A stretch of DNA of 64,000 nt, taken from an uncultured Patescibacteria group bacterium. GTDB taxonomy: Bacteria > Patescibacteriota > Microgenomatia > UBA1400 > PJMF01. A program made the translations under genes and the position numbers. Within the stretch, counting starts at the first letter, position 1. Each line of letters opens with the position of its first letter. This document shows, piece after piece, positions 51,016-60,174 of the stretch. The stretch is from NCBI GenBank assembly GCA_905478415.1, contig CAJQIG010000004.1, positions 267,523 through 331,522 of the forward strand. The letters are read 5' to 3'. Under the pieces are notes generated by a model. The model was not told where the DNA came from and searched no databases. It saw nothing but the letters and a program-made list of their open reading frames with translations.

Positions 51016-53139
51016 CTACAGACCAATTTCAAAGACAACTGAACCACTAATACCAAAAATTGCATTCTTAGCCTCATCAACAATAATGTCTGTCACGGAT
51101 CCCAATGATGGACTGGTAATTTCTCTGACAAAATCACCATTCTTATTTAAGATAACTATCCTGTTTTTCTGAGCCTCTAAAATATACAGTCGTTCCGAAT
51201 CAACCGTAGTATGCACTTGTAGTGCTGATTCAAAGGCTGTATTTAGACCATTGATCGTAAAGTCTTGCACCTTTCCTCTGGTAAATTTGAATAGTTGTCC
51301 AGTCTTAGTTCCAAGCCAAACATCACCATCGACCGCAATTGAGACAATATCTTTAAAATCGAGACCCCGAGCAACTTCTTGTACCCAACCAATTGGTTCT
51401 GAGAAATCTCCATCGTTTTCCGCGTACCGGTAAATATTTCGCTTTTCTGGATTAACCACATATACATACGTTTCATAGCTAGCTATCAAAGAGGCCGACC
51501 GGTTTGAGTCTCCTGCCGTGATAACTTCGTTAACTGCTACACCATCTTCACCAATTTTGACTAGCGAAACACCTTCACCCAAAAGTAACACTCCATCCTC
51601 AAATGAGGCTACCTCAATAGCCTTTTCAACGTCGAGCTCATACTTCGAGACCTTTTTATTAGTGCTGGTCAGTTGCACTAATGTTTTCTGCTCTAAATCA
51701 AAAAAATAAAAGTTAGTGTCTATGGCGACAACCTTTGAAGCTACAAAATCTGAACTGACCAACCGAAGATCATAAAAAATAGGCAGTTCTTGTACTTCAT
51801 CGAGGCCAGAAATATCCTCATACACTTTTGAAAAACGTTCTTTTTGGGCTACTACTTCTGCAACAAAAAGCTTTTCCTCAGCATGCTCTTGCAGAAGCAC
51901 ATCAAGTCCATTCAAGACCGATTGGAGCTGATTACGTGCCGCCACAGGATCATCTCCTACTTGCTGCTGTGCTAACTCTGCTTGAGTTACAAAGGGAGCA
52001 AGTGCTTCCCGGGCACTTTCTCTTTCTGCAGTCCGCTTAGAAACTACCAAAAAACCAATAACACCGGCAACTATACAAATAGTAAGAACTACAACTACAT
52101 TCCTGATATTTTTTTTATAGGTGTGATTTGCAGCTTGAATATAGACATCTTTTCCCGGCAACAGTGATGACAAAGATGGCCGATCAGCCAACTGCTTTTT
52201 ACCTTTTGTAAACAAAACAGTACTTTTCTGCCAGATAAACATGGAAAGAAGTTTAATAGACATTCCCAACTGCCGTACTATTTTTACAATAAATGAGGCT
52301 ATTCTTTTTAAGAATTGAAGAACCCACATCATTGTTGTTCTTTGAACTGAAACTGTACCGCGTTTGGTTTTTGTTGCGAGTGGTTCTTCTAAAGAAGCTG
52401 CTAACTGAGTTGCAACCTCGGCTATGGGCTCAGTAGAATACTTTTCTTTGGGATCAGAGCTACTACTGTTAGTTGCCTTTTCTTGTACTGGAGGCACAAC
52501 CTCTGTGTCATACTCCTCATCTTCATCCTCACCCTCTTCAGTCTCAGTCTGAGCAAGTACAACTGAAGAACTTCTCTCCACAAAAGAAACAAATGCCAAG
52601 GCCGAGAGTGATGAGTTTCCTTGAGCGTGCAGGCCTGGGACAATTGAGGTTACAATCGTATCTGCATCAAAACCTTGTTCAAATTTTTGCTCTATTTCTG
52701 AGAAAAAATGTGACGCAGAGAGCGTCGAAAAAACCACTACATCTTGTGGGGTGTAGGTGCCAGCAATTAGTTTAAGTTGATTTCCCGAACTCAAAACCGC
52801 ACCTACTTTTTCACCTCGTTTCAGTAAAATTGCACCATTAAACGTTGCATACGCACAGCTTTGAGTTGAAAAAAAACCAGCCGAACACAGTACTCTGACT
52901 TCATTTTCAGTAGCCTGAGCAATGACTTCTTCGAGCACTAAGTGAAACTCTTCTAATGTCTGAACCACCTGAGATGAAAAATAGTTTGCAATATCACGAC
53001 CAACGTTTCCAGCATGAGTTCCCTCGATAGCAATACTGAGAATTGTTCTTACAGAAGAATGAGGAGGTGACTCAACTACCTGAGACCATCCATTAAATTG
53101 TGGCAGGCCGATTACTGGTGTAACACGAATGTTCGGCAT
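51016..53139 (-). CDS. large hypothetical membrane protein (707 aa): cytoplasmic N-terminal domain, acidic linker, single TM, extracellular beta-propeller-like repeats
   Basis: TM helix VVVVLTICIVAGVIGFLVV near the middle. The C-terminal half has repeating beta-strand-rich units (..IYRYAENDG.., ..DGDVWLGTKTGQLFKF.., ..LYILEAQKNRIVILNKNG..). Confidence 0.6.
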   Translation of the reverse strand: MPNIRVTPVIGLPQFNGWSQVVESPPHSSVRTILSIAIEGTHAGNVGRDIANYFSSQVVQTLEEFHLVLEEVIAQATENEVRVLCSAGFFSTQSCAYATFNGAILLKRGEKVGAVLSSGNQLKLIAGTYTPQDVVVFSTLSASHFFSEIEQKFEQGFDADTIVTSIVPGLHAQGNSSLSALAFVSFVERSSSVVLAQTETEEGEDEDEEYDTEVVPPVQEKATNSSSSDPKEKYSTEPIAEVATQLAASLEEPLATKTKRGTVSVQRTTMMWVLQFLKRIASFIVKIVRQLGMSIKLLSMFIWQKSTVLFTKGKKQLADRPSLSSLLPGKDVYIQAANHTYKKNIRNVVVVLTICIVAGVIGFLVVSKRTAERESAREALAPFVTQAELAQQQVGDDPVAARNQLQSVLNGLDVLLQEHAEEKLFVAEVVAQKERFSKVYEDISGLDEVQELPIFYDLRLVSSDFVASKVVAIDTNFYFFDLEQKTLVQLTSTNKKVSKYELDVEKAIEVASFEDGVLLLGEGVSLVKIGEDGVAVNEVITAGDSNRSASLIASYETYVYVVNPEKRNIYRYAENDGDFSEPIGWVQEVARGLDFKDIVSIAVDGDVWLGTKTGQLFKFTRGKVQDFTINGLNTAFESALQVHTTVDSERLYILEAQKNRIVILNKNGDFVREITSPSLGSVTDIIVDEAKNAIFGISGSVVFEIGL

Positions 53140-53205
53140 CTAAGTTTTTTCTCACAAACACATCCTACTGGATGCTCTTATTTGTGACTATTTGATATAC
53201 TTTTA

Positions 53206-53463
53206 TCACAAAACAAAGATAAAATACAGCAACAAAAGAACTGAAAGTAGCAAGTGTACTAAGCTAATAAGCTTAATACGAGCCGTATGAGGGGTACTTA
53301 CTGTTGCTCTCATCAACCCAATTTGACGTGTAATAATAACCGCTACCAAAACATAAATGCCAGATAAAATTACTAAGAGCCACTTAAAAAGTTCTAGTAA
53401 AAGCCCCACGGCTGAAGTTCCATTGGTTAAAAAATCTGGTTGAAGCATGAGTTGAAATAACAT
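53206..53463 (-). CDS. small membrane protein, hypothetical
   Basis: Two hydrophobic helices. The start was trimmed to the internal Met to avoid overlap with the upstream gene. Confidence 0.35.
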   Translation of the reverse strand: MLFQLMLQPDFLTNGTSAVGLLLELFKWLLVILSGIYVLVAVIITRQIGLMRATVSTPHTARIKLISLVHLLLSVLLLLYFIFVL

Positions 53464-53464
53464 A

Positions 53465-54175
53465 CTAGTGTGTTCTCCCCTCAATTTTTTCGCGTTCTTC
53501 TTCAAGAATGAGATCATTTATAACTGCAGTAACTTTTGCCGGATGTGGCACAGCCTCAAAGGTAAGTTCCTGAGCAGCTGCAGCAGTCTGAATCAAAATT
53601 GTTCCATAATCAAAAAAGGTTGATGAAAAACCAATCGATTCTGAGGTTACATCTTCGATGTGGTCAATTTTTGCGGAAGTAATGTTCTTTTGAGCTAAAC
53701 TTATGAAATCTACATCAATTACTCGCTCGTCGGTGAGAATATAGACATTGTAAAACCATTTCAGAAAAGACTGTAAAGAAAAACCAACCAAAGCTAAATA
53801 CCACATCATTAAAACGCCAAGTTGGTATCGAAATGGTAATGTTCCATAGACTGGAAAAAAACTAAAACCAAATGGGACCAGTGCAAAGAAAAGTGCCATA
53901 ACAATCCAAGGAACTTGAGTAATAGGATGCTGTCGAAGCAGTAACACTACATGTTCGGCAGAACCTTGTGATTCAAAATGAGTGTGCTTTGGTTTTGGAA
54001 CAAACGAAGTAAAAACTCGTGATGAGTTCGGCTCAGCTGCCAAAACCTCCGAGTAGTCGTCTACATTTCGGTGTGGATGATGTGGCTTTTTACTTGACGT
54101 TGTTGCAGACGAAGACTTATTTTTCTTCACTGAGTCCTTTTTTTTATAGGTAGCACTATTAAATACTTCAGGCAT
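53465..54175 (-). CDS. membrane-anchored bacterial PH-domain protein (bPH_2/YdbS-YdbT-like)
   Basis: Two N-terminal TM helices are followed by YILTDERVIDVDF...AKIDHIEDV...GTILIQTAAA, typical of bPH_2 domains. Confidence 0.5.
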   Translation of the reverse strand: MPEVFNSATYKKKDSVKKNKSSSATTSSKKPHHPHRNVDDYSEVLAAEPNSSRVFTSFVPKPKHTHFESQGSAEHVVLLLRQHPITQVPWIVMALFFALVPFGFSFFPVYGTLPFRYQLGVLMMWYLALVGFSLQSFLKWFYNVYILTDERVIDVDFISLAQKNITSAKIDHIEDVTSESIGFSSTFFDYGTILIQTAAAAQELTFEAVPHPAKVTAVINDLILEEEREKIEGRTH

Positions 54176-54232
54176 TACCTAGTAGTATATCATTAGAATG
54201 AGTTTTTGGAAAAAATAAGTTCAAAATAAATG

Positions 54233-56008
54233 CTATGATCGCTTGAGAATCGACATAAAGGTCTCTTGATTGATCTCCACCTTACCAAACTGCTTCATCC
54301 GCTTCTTTCCCTTAGCCTGCTTAGCTAACAGTTTTTTACGACGAGTTACATCGCCACCATAGAGTTTTGCGGTTACATCTTTTCTGAAGGCTTTGATTGT
54401 TTCTCTGGCTACAACTTTACCACCGATTGCTGCTTGCACAGGAACTTCAAACATTTGCCGAGGCAAAATTTCTTTCAGTTTTGAAACAATCTTTCTGCCA
54501 TCATACTCAGCTCGCTCACGAACCGTAATAAAACTCAAAGCATCAATGACTTCGTGATTAAGCATCACTGCCACTTTCACCGCATCAACCGTAGTATATT
54601 TTAAAAATGAATATTCAAACGAAGCGTACCCCGATGTTATTGATTTCAAGACATCGTGAAAATCAGTAATAATCTCAGCAAGTGGGACTTCACACTCAAT
54701 GCTCATTCGCTGACCTACGTGAGTACTTTTCTTAAACTCGCCTCGCCTGTCTCTAACTAAGTTGAGAATATCACCCATTCGCTCAGTTGGAGTAAAAATT
54801 TTCATAGCTGCGATCGGCTCCTGGATAATTCGGATTTCAGCTGGATCTGGCATTTCGGCAGGAGTTTGCACCAATAGTTCCTGTCCACTCATTGTCTCAA
54901 CACGGTAGGTAACTGAAGGAAGAGTGGCAATAATTTCAAGGTTAAATTCACGACTTAGGCGTTCAAGAACAATTTCCGCATGCAAAATACCTAAGAACCC
55001 TACTCTCAAACCACTTCCCAATGCCATCGAGTGCGTGCCCTTAAAACGAAGCGCTGCATCTCTGAGAGAAAGTTTATCCATTGCATCTTGTAACAAAGTG
55101 AACTCAGAAGTATCTGTTGGGTACAGTTCCATAAACACCATAGGAATAGGCTCTTTGTAACCAGCTAAGAGCTCAACTTTTTCTCGCTGGTGGTATTGAG
55201 TCAAAGTGTCTCCAATCTTTAAAGACTTAATGTCTTTCAATCCTGTGGCCACATACCCAACTTCACCTGTTTTGATTGAAGTAACGGGTCTCATTTCTGG
55301 AGAGAACACACCAATCTCGACCGGTAAAAATGACGTCTGAGATGAAAGAAAATGAAGTTTCTCTTTTTTCAATTCACCATCAATAACTCTGACTAGCCCA
55401 ATAGCTCCCTTATGAACATCATAGTGAGAAGTAATCAGTAATGCTCTCAGCGAACTATCTACAGTACCTGTTGGAGCCGGAATTCTCTCGATAATTGCAT
55501 CTAAAACAGCTTGCACATTTTGGCCTGTCTTGGCCGAAACTTGAATGATGTCTTCATCACTACACTCACACAGTTCCATAATTTCAAGCATGACTCGATC
55601 GGTCTCTGCCGAAGGTAAATCAACTTTATTAACAACCGGAATAATCACTAATCCAAGTGCTCGTGCCTGTTCGTAATTTGATAATGTCTGGGCTTGAATA
55701 CCTTGAGTGGCATCAACAACTAAGAGCCCTCCTTCACAAGCGGCTAGTGAGCGACTGACTTCGTATCCAAAGTCAACATGTCCTGGTGTATCAATTAAAT
55801 TAAGAGTGTGACCTCTATATTCCATTCGAGCTGGAGCCAACTTAATAGTAATACCCCTCTCTTGCTCGATGGGGTTACTATCCATAATCCGCTCAGTTTT
55901 TCTCTGATCAGTAACCGTGTTGGTGAAATGCAAAAATTGATCCGTTAAGGTAGTTTTACCGTGATCGATGTGAGCAATGATTGAAAAATTTCGAATTTTG
56001 TCTTGCAT
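54233..56008 (-). CDS. lepA: translation elongation factor 4 (LepA)
   Basis: IRNFSIIAHIDHGKTTLTDQFL G-domain, and the LepA-specific C-terminal domain. The likely start is the Met about 6 residues before IRNF. Confidence 0.95.
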   Translation of the reverse strand: MQDKIRNFSIIAHIDHGKTTLTDQFLHFTNTVTDQRKTERIMDSNPIEQERGITIKLAPARMEYRGHTLNLIDTPGHVDFGYEVSRSLAACEGGLLVVDATQGIQAQTLSNYEQARALGLVIIPVVNKVDLPSAETDRVMLEIMELCECSDEDIIQVSAKTGQNVQAVLDAIIERIPAPTGTVDSSLRALLITSHYDVHKGAIGLVRVIDGELKKEKLHFLSSQTSFLPVEIGVFSPEMRPVTSIKTGEVGYVATGLKDIKSLKIGDTLTQYHQREKVELLAGYKEPIPMVFMELYPTDTSEFTLLQDAMDKLSLRDAALRFKGTHSMALGSGLRVGFLGILHAEIVLERLSREFNLEIIATLPSVTYRVETMSGQELLVQTPAEMPDPAEIRIIQEPIAAMKIFTPTERMGDILNLVRDRRGEFKKSTHVGQRMSIECEVPLAEIITDFHDVLKSITSGYASFEYSFLKYTTVDAVKVAVMLNHEVIDALSFITVRERAEYDGRKIVSKLKEILPRQMFEVPVQAAIGGKVVARETIKAFRKDVTAKLYGGDVTRRKKLLAKQAKGKKRMKQFGKVEINQETFMSILKRS

Positions 56009-56101
56009 CTTGATTGAATTAACCTTGCATACTTTGAAGCTTGTTGCCTCAATACTCAACTACTATAGCAAGTCTAGTTCTGCTCTCAAATAGATGAAAA
56101 A

Positions 56102-56443
56102 CTACTTTTTCTTAGGTGAAGTTTTTTTAGCAACCTTTTTAACAGTCTTCTTTACTGTTTTTTTGGCTGTCTTTGGCTTTGCAACTGTCTTTTTTTCTCC
56201 TGTAGCACTTTCGGCAAGGAATCTACTCAGTTGGCTTTTGAGACGAGCAGCTTTATTCTTCTTAAGAATATTTCCTTTAGCAGCTATATCAATAGATGAA
56301 TATGCAGCAGCAAGAGTTGCTGGTGTAGGATTGGCGAGAAATGCATCAGAAAGCGTTTTCATTCTCGATTTTACTCGAGAGTTGATAACAGTCTTTCGCT
56401 TACTAACTCGTAGTGCTTTTTTTGCATTCTTTAAAATTGGCAT
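56102..56443 (-). CDS. rpsT: 30S ribosomal protein bS20 with a Lys-rich C-terminal extension
   Basis: The N-terminus MPILKNAKKALRVSKRKTVINSRVKSRMKT matches bS20 (MANIKSAKKR...). Confidence 0.7.
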   Translation of the reverse strand: MPILKNAKKALRVSKRKTVINSRVKSRMKTLSDAFLANPTPATLAAAYSSIDIAAKGNILKKNKAARLKSQLSRFLAESATGEKKTVAKPKTAKKTVKKTVKKVAKKTSPKKK

Positions 56444-56576
56444 AGTGTCGTATATTCTGTATTTTCGTTTACTATTTTGGTCTCTCTTGTTATAGTATAT
56501 TCCTAGAGAGAACTATTTTTATGCTAGGCAGGAATTATAACCCAAAACTGCTTTGTTTTCAAATGGGGAATAGTTT

Positions 56577-56582
56577 TATAAT
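56577..56582 (+). promoter_or_regulatory. -10 box TATAAT 8 nt upstream of the murJ ATG (likely leaderless or near-leaderless transcript)
   Basis: ttttTATAATacgaaacaATG. No SD is present between the -10 box and the ATG. Confidence 0.3.
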
Positions 56583-56590
56583 ACGAAACA

Positions 56591-58297
56591 ATGTTACCAT
56601 TCAAAACTGAACAACTGTCTAAATTTTTGGTAAGTGGCCGATGGCTCGAAAAACAACAGAATACTATCCTTTCTGCTGGTCTGATTATTGCTACTGCAAA
56701 CCTTTTTTCCTTATTTGCTGGCATGCTCCGGGATCGCCTCCTTCTAGGCCAATTTTATGGACCAGGAGAAGCAGGAGAAATTTACACTGCTCTCCAAATC
56801 GCCTTTCAACTGCCTGATACTATGTACCAATTAATTGTCTTGGGTGCACTTTCAGCAGCGTTTATCCCTATTTTCACGGAAACACGAAAAAAGAAGTCGA
56901 AAGAAGATGCCTATACATTAACCTCAATTGTTATGACCATCTTGCTGCTCGTCTTTATCGCAGTGGGAGCCATTGTGTTTATCTTTGCCGAACCAATTAC
57001 TGCACTGAGAACCGGAGCTGAGTTCACTCCACTGCAAATTGAAATTGCCTCGAACCTCACTAGAATTATGATTGTAGCCCAAGTACTATTTGCAATCTCA
57101 AACTTCTACACGGGAATTCTTCAGTCATATCAAAGATTCATTATTCCTGCGATCAGTCCACTCTTTTATAACCTTGGAATTATTTTAGGTTCATACTTCC
57201 TTGGAAGTAGATTTGGTATTTACGCAGCTGGAATTGGTGTTGTCGCCGGTGCCTTTATGCACATGATTATTCAGCTCCCACTCGTCTATAAACTTGGCTT
57301 TCGATATACCTTATCTTTAGATTTTTCGTTTGCAGGAGTTAAAAAATTATTTTCACTCATGCCTGCTCGAGTTTTAACCTATAGTTTGACCGAAATTCAA
57401 AACCTTTCGTTAGGTTTTTTCGCAACTTCTATTGGCAGCGTTTCCTTTATGATTATTAAGCTTGGACTCAGGCTCATGACTATTCCGATCCGTCTTTTTG
57501 GGGTCTCAATTGGGCAAGCTTCACTCCCCTTCCTTTCAGAAGAATCCGCCACCAAAGATTCACAAAAATTCAAAATTTTAGTTGTCCAATCTCTCAACCA
57601 GATTAGTTTTTTTGCACTCCCTGCCTCGATCTTACTCCTCATTCTCCGCGTTCCCATTGTCCGTTTGGCATACGGAGCTCGAAATTTGGACTGGAGCTCA
57701 ACTCTTTCTATTGGACGCGTAGTAGCAATTTTGGCTATCTCAGTAGCAGCGCAGGCTTTAGTACAACTGCTTATTAGAGCTTTTCATGCGCTCAAAGACA
57801 CCAGAACTCCGTTTATCGTTACGGTCATCATTGTTGGCATATACTTAGTGATGGCAGGTTACTTTGTGTTCTTCACCCAGATGGGAATTCTAGGACTCGC
57901 AATAACAACTACTTTTGTTGCGCTGGTAGAACTAGCTCTTTTCCTGGGACTCCTTCATATAAAGATGAAGGGTTTAATTGATACGTCATTTTTAATTCCT
58001 CAAAGTAAAATGCTCGTTTCTAGTTTTTTAATGGCTGTGTTTCTCTACCTACCATTCCGTGTTCTTGATGAACTTGTCTTTAACACCACTAAAAGTATCG
58101 AGCTGATTGCCCTCACCATTGTAACTACTACCATTGGATTTCTCGTCTACATTTACTTCTCAGCTTTACTACAAGTCAAAGAGCTCAAACTTATAACACG
58201 AGTAATTACTCACTTTTCTTTCTGGAAACGTGGCTTGAAAAAATCTGAAGAGTTCTTTTATGAACCAAGTCTCGAAGACAGAGATCTGCAACTCTAA
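56591..58297 (+). CDS. murJ: lipid II flippase MurJ (MviN)
   Basis: LFAGMLRDRLLLGQFYG...YTALQIAFQLPDTMYQLIVLGALSAAFIPIF, and about 14 TM helices. Confidence 0.85.
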   Translation: MLPFKTEQLSKFLVSGRWLEKQQNTILSAGLIIATANLFSLFAGMLRDRLLLGQFYGPGEAGEIYTALQIAFQLPDTMYQLIVLGALSAAFIPIFTETRKKKSKEDAYTLTSIVMTILLLVFIAVGAIVFIFAEPITALRTGAEFTPLQIEIASNLTRIMIVAQVLFAISNFYTGILQSYQRFIIPAISPLFYNLGIILGSYFLGSRFGIYAAGIGVVAGAFMHMIIQLPLVYKLGFRYTLSLDFSFAGVKKLFSLMPARVLTYSLTEIQNLSLGFFATSIGSVSFMIIKLGLRLMTIPIRLFGVSIGQASLPFLSEESATKDSQKFKILVVQSLNQISFFALPASILLLILRVPIVRLAYGARNLDWSSTLSIGRVVAILAISVAAQALVQLLIRAFHALKDTRTPFIVTVIIVGIYLVMAGYFVFFTQMGILGLAITTTFVALVELALFLGLLHIKMKGLIDTSFLIPQSKMLVSSFLMAVFLYLPFRVLDELVFNTTKSIELIALTIVTTTIGFLVYIYFSALLQVKELKLITRVITHFSFWKRGLKKSEEFFYEPSLEDRDLQL

Positions 58298-58351
58298 GCT
58301 CCAAAGACTCAGGCTTGGTGAAGACAAAAAAAACTTGTATACTGAAGTGTA

Positions 58352-58972
58352 ATGAGTAAAAGTTCTGCCCAAATTAAGATTAACTTGATTCCAAAAGATC
58401 CGTTTTTTGGAACTGTTCCTGGCCGCATATTAAAGTGGGCCCTCTCTGCAGGTAGATATATTGTTATTTTTACAGAGCTTGTTGTCATTGTTAGTTTTGC
58501 TACACGCTTTACACTTGATAGACAAGTAACTGACCTTAACGAATCAATTTCAAGTAAAGAAAATATTATTAATTCCTACGGAGCACTAGAAAAAAACGTC
58601 CGTATCGCTCAAGCAAAAATAGCTAGCTATACACAAGTAAAACAAGATAATACTATTGTAGAAACATTTGCAGACATTTCTGCAATTACTCCCGAAGGTA
58701 TTATTCTTGACAAGCTCGTCATCAACAAAGATACTGTTATTGCCTCTGGTAATGCGCTGTCCCAATCAGCGTTCAATTTACTCATCAATAACCTTCAAAT
58801 CTCACCTAACTTTCAAAATGTATCAGTTGATACTGTCGAATCAAACGATGATGATAGCAAATCTGGATTCACCTTTAGTATTCGAGCTAACACCCAAGTT
58901 GTTGTCAAAAAATCTGCTGTTGAAAAAGAAGTCGATACAGTTGATGTCCTTGATAGAACGGGAGGACTCTAG
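58352..58972 (+). CDS. pilN: type IV pilus assembly protein PilN-like
   Basis: N-terminal INLIPKD motif (PilN INLLP), then one TM helix and a periplasmic/extracytoplasmic domain. Confidence 0.6.
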   Translation: MSKSSAQIKINLIPKDPFFGTVPGRILKWALSAGRYIVIFTELVVIVSFATRFTLDRQVTDLNESISSKENIINSYGALEKNVRIAQAKIASYTQVKQDNTIVETFADISAITPEGIILDKLVINKDTVIASGNALSQSAFNLLINNLQISPNFQNVSVDTVESNDDDSKSGFTFSIRANTQVVVKKSAVEKEVDTVDVLDRTGGL

Positions 58973-58974
58973 CT

Positions 58975-59604
58975 ATGGCAACAACTAACAGAAAGAAGCA
59001 ACTCGCCTCACTTCTAGAACAGTTCTACCATAATCCAGTGGCTAAAGTTTCACTGGAACTCTTTCTAACTATTGGGTTAGTTGTCTTTCTAGCTCTCTTT
59101 GCTATCAAGCCCACCCTTCTAACCATGTCTGATTTAGTTAAAGAAATTGAAGATAAGCGAGAACTCGAAACACAACTCTCAAAGAAAGTTGCCTCACTAG
59201 GAACTGCTCAAACACTCTATCTACAGGTCGAAGATCGCTTACCTGTGCTCGATGCAGCTATTCCTAGTCATCCAGGTACTATTACTGTCTTAAAAATTAT
59301 TGAAAAAATTGCAACCGATACTGGTGTTGTTCTTGGATCCATCTCAGTTTCCGAAATCCCAGATACCCCTAAAGAAGTTCCTAGCTTTGACGTCTTAACT
59401 AGAGTTGATCTCAAACTTACCACCAGTGTTATTGGGGACTATGCCTCAATTCGGGATTTCGTCTCAAAACTTCAAAATAGCCAACGCACTTTTGTTGTCG
59501 ATACAGTAGTTTTTAATACTTCCGACAATCGTGGTGACAAACAGCTCAGAGCTTCAGTCTCATTACATATTCCTTACTTTGGAGTTCCAAATGAAAAAAA
59601 ATAG
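58975..59604 (+). CDS. pilO: type IV pilus assembly protein PilO-like
   Basis: TM helix, coiled coil, and a C-terminal domain with a PilO-like ...GDYASIRDFVSKLQNSQRTFVVDTV.. segment. It starts 3 nt after pilN. Confidence 0.6.
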   Translation: MATTNRKKQLASLLEQFYHNPVAKVSLELFLTIGLVVFLALFAIKPTLLTMSDLVKEIEDKRELETQLSKKVASLGTAQTLYLQVEDRLPVLDAAIPSHPGTITVLKIIEKIATDTGVVLGSISVSEIPDTPKEVPSFDVLTRVDLKLTTSVIGDYASIRDFVSKLQNSQRTFVVDTVVFNTSDNRGDKQLRASVSLHIPYFGVPNEKK

Positions 59605-60037
59605 CCTTACGGATCAGATCAAAAACCTCAAACATGGACAACAACTTTTAGCATCAGCTATTTTGTTTCTGGTGCTTGTGCTTGCTTGGATTTTTGTAGG
59701 AATTTTTGCTGGTCAACAAGAAAGTAAAATCTCTCCAACACTTAAGAAAGCAGCCCTCCCACTAACACCCGACTTAAACGAAGAAATTTTGACAGAACTT
59801 GAAGAAAAGCGCGTCTACACTGAGGACGAACTTGCTAACTTTACTATCTATAAAATCATCACTACCGATCGAGGCAAACAGCAATCTATTGTTCCTATCA
59901 CCGTCTTTGCTGAAGATCTGGAAGCACAAGAAGAGTCTGGTTCTTCACTCAAAACAACTGATGTTCCCGAAAGTGAAGAAGAAACTTCAGAAACTACCAT
60001 CCCCGGGGCCACCCCACCCCCAGATGTGAAAAACTAG
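59591..60037 (+). CDS. hypothetical membrane-anchored protein in the pilN-pilO cluster (PilP-like position)
   Basis: The start MKKNSL overlaps the pilO 3' end. One TM helix, then a small domain with an acidic Ser/Thr/Pro-rich tail. Confidence 0.45.
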   Translation: MKKNSLTDQIKNLKHGQQLLASAILFLVLVLAWIFVGIFAGQQESKISPTLKKAALPLTPDLNEEILTELEEKRVYTEDELANFTIYKIITTDRGKQQSIVPITVFAEDLEAQEESGSSLKTTDVPESEEETSETTIPGATPPPDVKN

Positions 60038-60174
60038 CAACCGTTCTTTTTTTAACATGAATTTGCATCCAAAATAGGTAGTACTTTGATACTTTTCTTT
60101 CGCTTCTTCTTCGCGTTGCACTCTCGACTAAATTTCTCTACAGTAGTACATAGGAGTGACAAACTCTCTTATTT

